Below, one piece after another: positions 62,604 to 64,000 of a DNA stretch of 64,000 bases (position 1 is its first letter; each line of letters opens with the position of its first letter). Position numbers and translations under genes: made by a program. Origin of the DNA: a virus (Duplodnaviria > Caudoviricetes). The notes beneath the pieces were generated by a model. The model was not told the DNA's origin and searched no databases. It saw nothing but the letters and a program-made list of their open reading frames with translations. The stretch is taken from positions 30,122 to 94,121 of the IMG/VR virus record IMGVR_UViG_3300021255_002723; one strand, given 5' to 3'.

Positions 62604-63087
62604 AATTGTAATGAATTTAGATGTTTAACTGAATTGTGGTGCAAATATACGACAAAAAATTGGAATAACCAAATTTTTAGGCATAAAAAATGGAACTACT
62701 TTCACAAGCAGCTCCATTTCACATCTATGATTAAAAAATAACTGAACAATAAGTTGGTAGAGACAGATTTGCACTGCCGAAGCCACCGAAGTGACACATC
62801 AAGCACGAACTTGATGCCGATTTGTCTACATCTACCCTTGCGGATAGTTCTCCTCTCGTATCTACCAAAAGGTGGTTTTTTAGTAGGTTGTCCACCGCAA
62901 CCAAGTATCTTGTAAGTAAGGTATGGCGTTCTCGTCTTCTTCCAAGCCCTCACATCTTGAACTATTCAGAGGGATTTGTTCTCCATTTATCCTTACCAAA
63001 TATCTATCGTCTCAAAGACAATGCAAAGATATATACTTTTTTTCTAATTACCAAATTAACTTCCTCATTTTAACAATTTTTTAGAAT

Positions 63088-63258
63088 TTAACATTTTGCT
63101 TTCAATTCATAATAGTTTTTCAACTCTTTAGTTACGTGTTCCTCGTAATTTCGTAGTTCTTCTGCCCACACCTTACAATCTTCTGCTGATATTGTCACAC
63201 CTTTCCTATGAGCAATTGGAGAGGTGAGAATTGCTATCATACTTGCTAATGCGTTCAT
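63088..63258 (-). CDS. Small hypothetical protein (56 aa)
   Basis: Manual translation MNALASMIAIL... Confidence 0.4.
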   Translation of the reverse strand: MNALASMIAILTSPIAHRKGVTISAEDCKVWAEELRNYEEHVTKELKNYYELKAKC

Positions 63259-63373
63259 AGTTGTCTATCGTTTTCCACCTCGAAAGATACTTGGTGGGGT
63301 TATTTCACTTTGGTCTTTAATCAACTGACCATAATCCGTGTACTGCGTAAAGAAAAATGCGATTGGTTTCATG

Positions 63374-63661
63374 TTAATATGCACTTAAATTGTTTAACTT
63401 GTTGTTTGTAATGTCACCATCAAGGTGCTTAATACGCTTCGTCCAAACCCTATTCTCATTGAAAACGTTATAAACGATGTATGAAAGTGTGTATTGCTCC
63501 GTAGCGTTCCAATACTCACTATACAACCACACTTGTGGATGCCTGTGTGACTTGGTGGGATTGGTGGCGAGAATTTTGCCACTTTTACGATTGCGAACCC
63601 TACCCAAGTTAGATACCTCATACAAAGGTCTCCAATCTATTGTTCTCCAAATTTCTTCCAT
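63374..63661 (-). CDS. NUMOD4/HNH endonuclease-like, degenerate
   Basis: EIWRTI...YEVSNLGRVR and HLDGDITNNKLNNL. Confidence 0.75.
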   Translation of the reverse strand: MEEIWRTIDWRPLYEVSNLGRVRNRKSGKILATNPTKSHRHPQVWLYSEYWNATEQYTLSYIVYNVFNENRVWTKRIKHLDGDITNNKLNNLSAY

Positions 63662-63710
63662 ATTATAAATCTATTTTTATGGCCAACGTTTCCAATACGC
63701 TTTGAAAGCG

Positions 63711-63950
63711 TTATAAACGATATGTGAGAGAGGGCCAACGTTTCCAATACGCTATTGAATTTGATGTGCTAAAGCCAAAATATTCACACACACGATACTC
63801 TGTTGCACCACAGAATGTGGTTCTGCTATCCCACTCGCCACGCTTTTCAACACCATTATTAAAAACCTCTCCAACAAGGTTTCCCTTTGGCGTTTTCCAA
63901 ATGACGAGCAATGCGCCATTGTCTTTCTTATACATTGCAATCTTTACCAT
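63711..63950 (-). CDS. Hypothetical protein
   Basis: 79-aa ORF after promoter at 63988. Confidence 0.6.
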   Translation of the reverse strand: MVKIAMYKKDNGALLVIWKTPKGNLVGEVFNNGVEKRGEWDSRTTFCGATEYRVCEYFGFSTSNSIAYWKRWPSLTYRL

Positions 63951-64000
63951 ATTCTTTATTATCTCCTTTTTTGTTTAAGTTTTACGTTGCAAATATACGA

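Noticed and set aside
62702-63073. Overlapping short ORFs or a possible ncRNA behind the promoter box at about 63023
   Set aside because: No convincing start, motif or structure could be supported by eye
1-64000. Alternative genetic code (TAG recoding as in Lak phages)
   Set aside because: Long conserved genes are intact under code 11, and several genes end plausibly at TAG

Overview
A 64-kb segment of a large T4-like (jumbo) phage that probably infects a Bacteroidota host, judged from the many TAnnTTTGC promoter boxes. It uses the standard genetic code. About 1-29 kb is the head module: major capsid protein, acidic scaffold-like proteins, prohead protease, portal and large terminase. Many variable genes sit among these, each with a late-type ATATTTAT upstream motif and a shared N-terminal leader (MKKxIRLTESDLHRIVKESV..LxE) that suggests capsid targeting and protease processing. 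About 29-55 kb carries nucleotide, RNA and protein metabolism genes (ThyA, ligase, ClpC, Thg1, NTase, UvrD, kinase, phosphoesterases). Near 55.5 kb there is a sharp compositional and strand-skew junction, followed by a GC-richer early region (sigma-70, second UvrD, degenerate tRNA-Met, short genes with repeated promoters). The main observation is two non-autonomous IS1595-type elements, each with 24-bp terminal inverted repeats and a perfect 8-bp target duplication, both inserted at intrinsic terminators. Their passengers are leader-bearing late genes. A third locus keeps only the transposase 3' end as a terminator. Together these suggest a transposon-driven system for shuffling virion-packaged effectors. 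All product calls come from motif recognition by eye; no database search was run.
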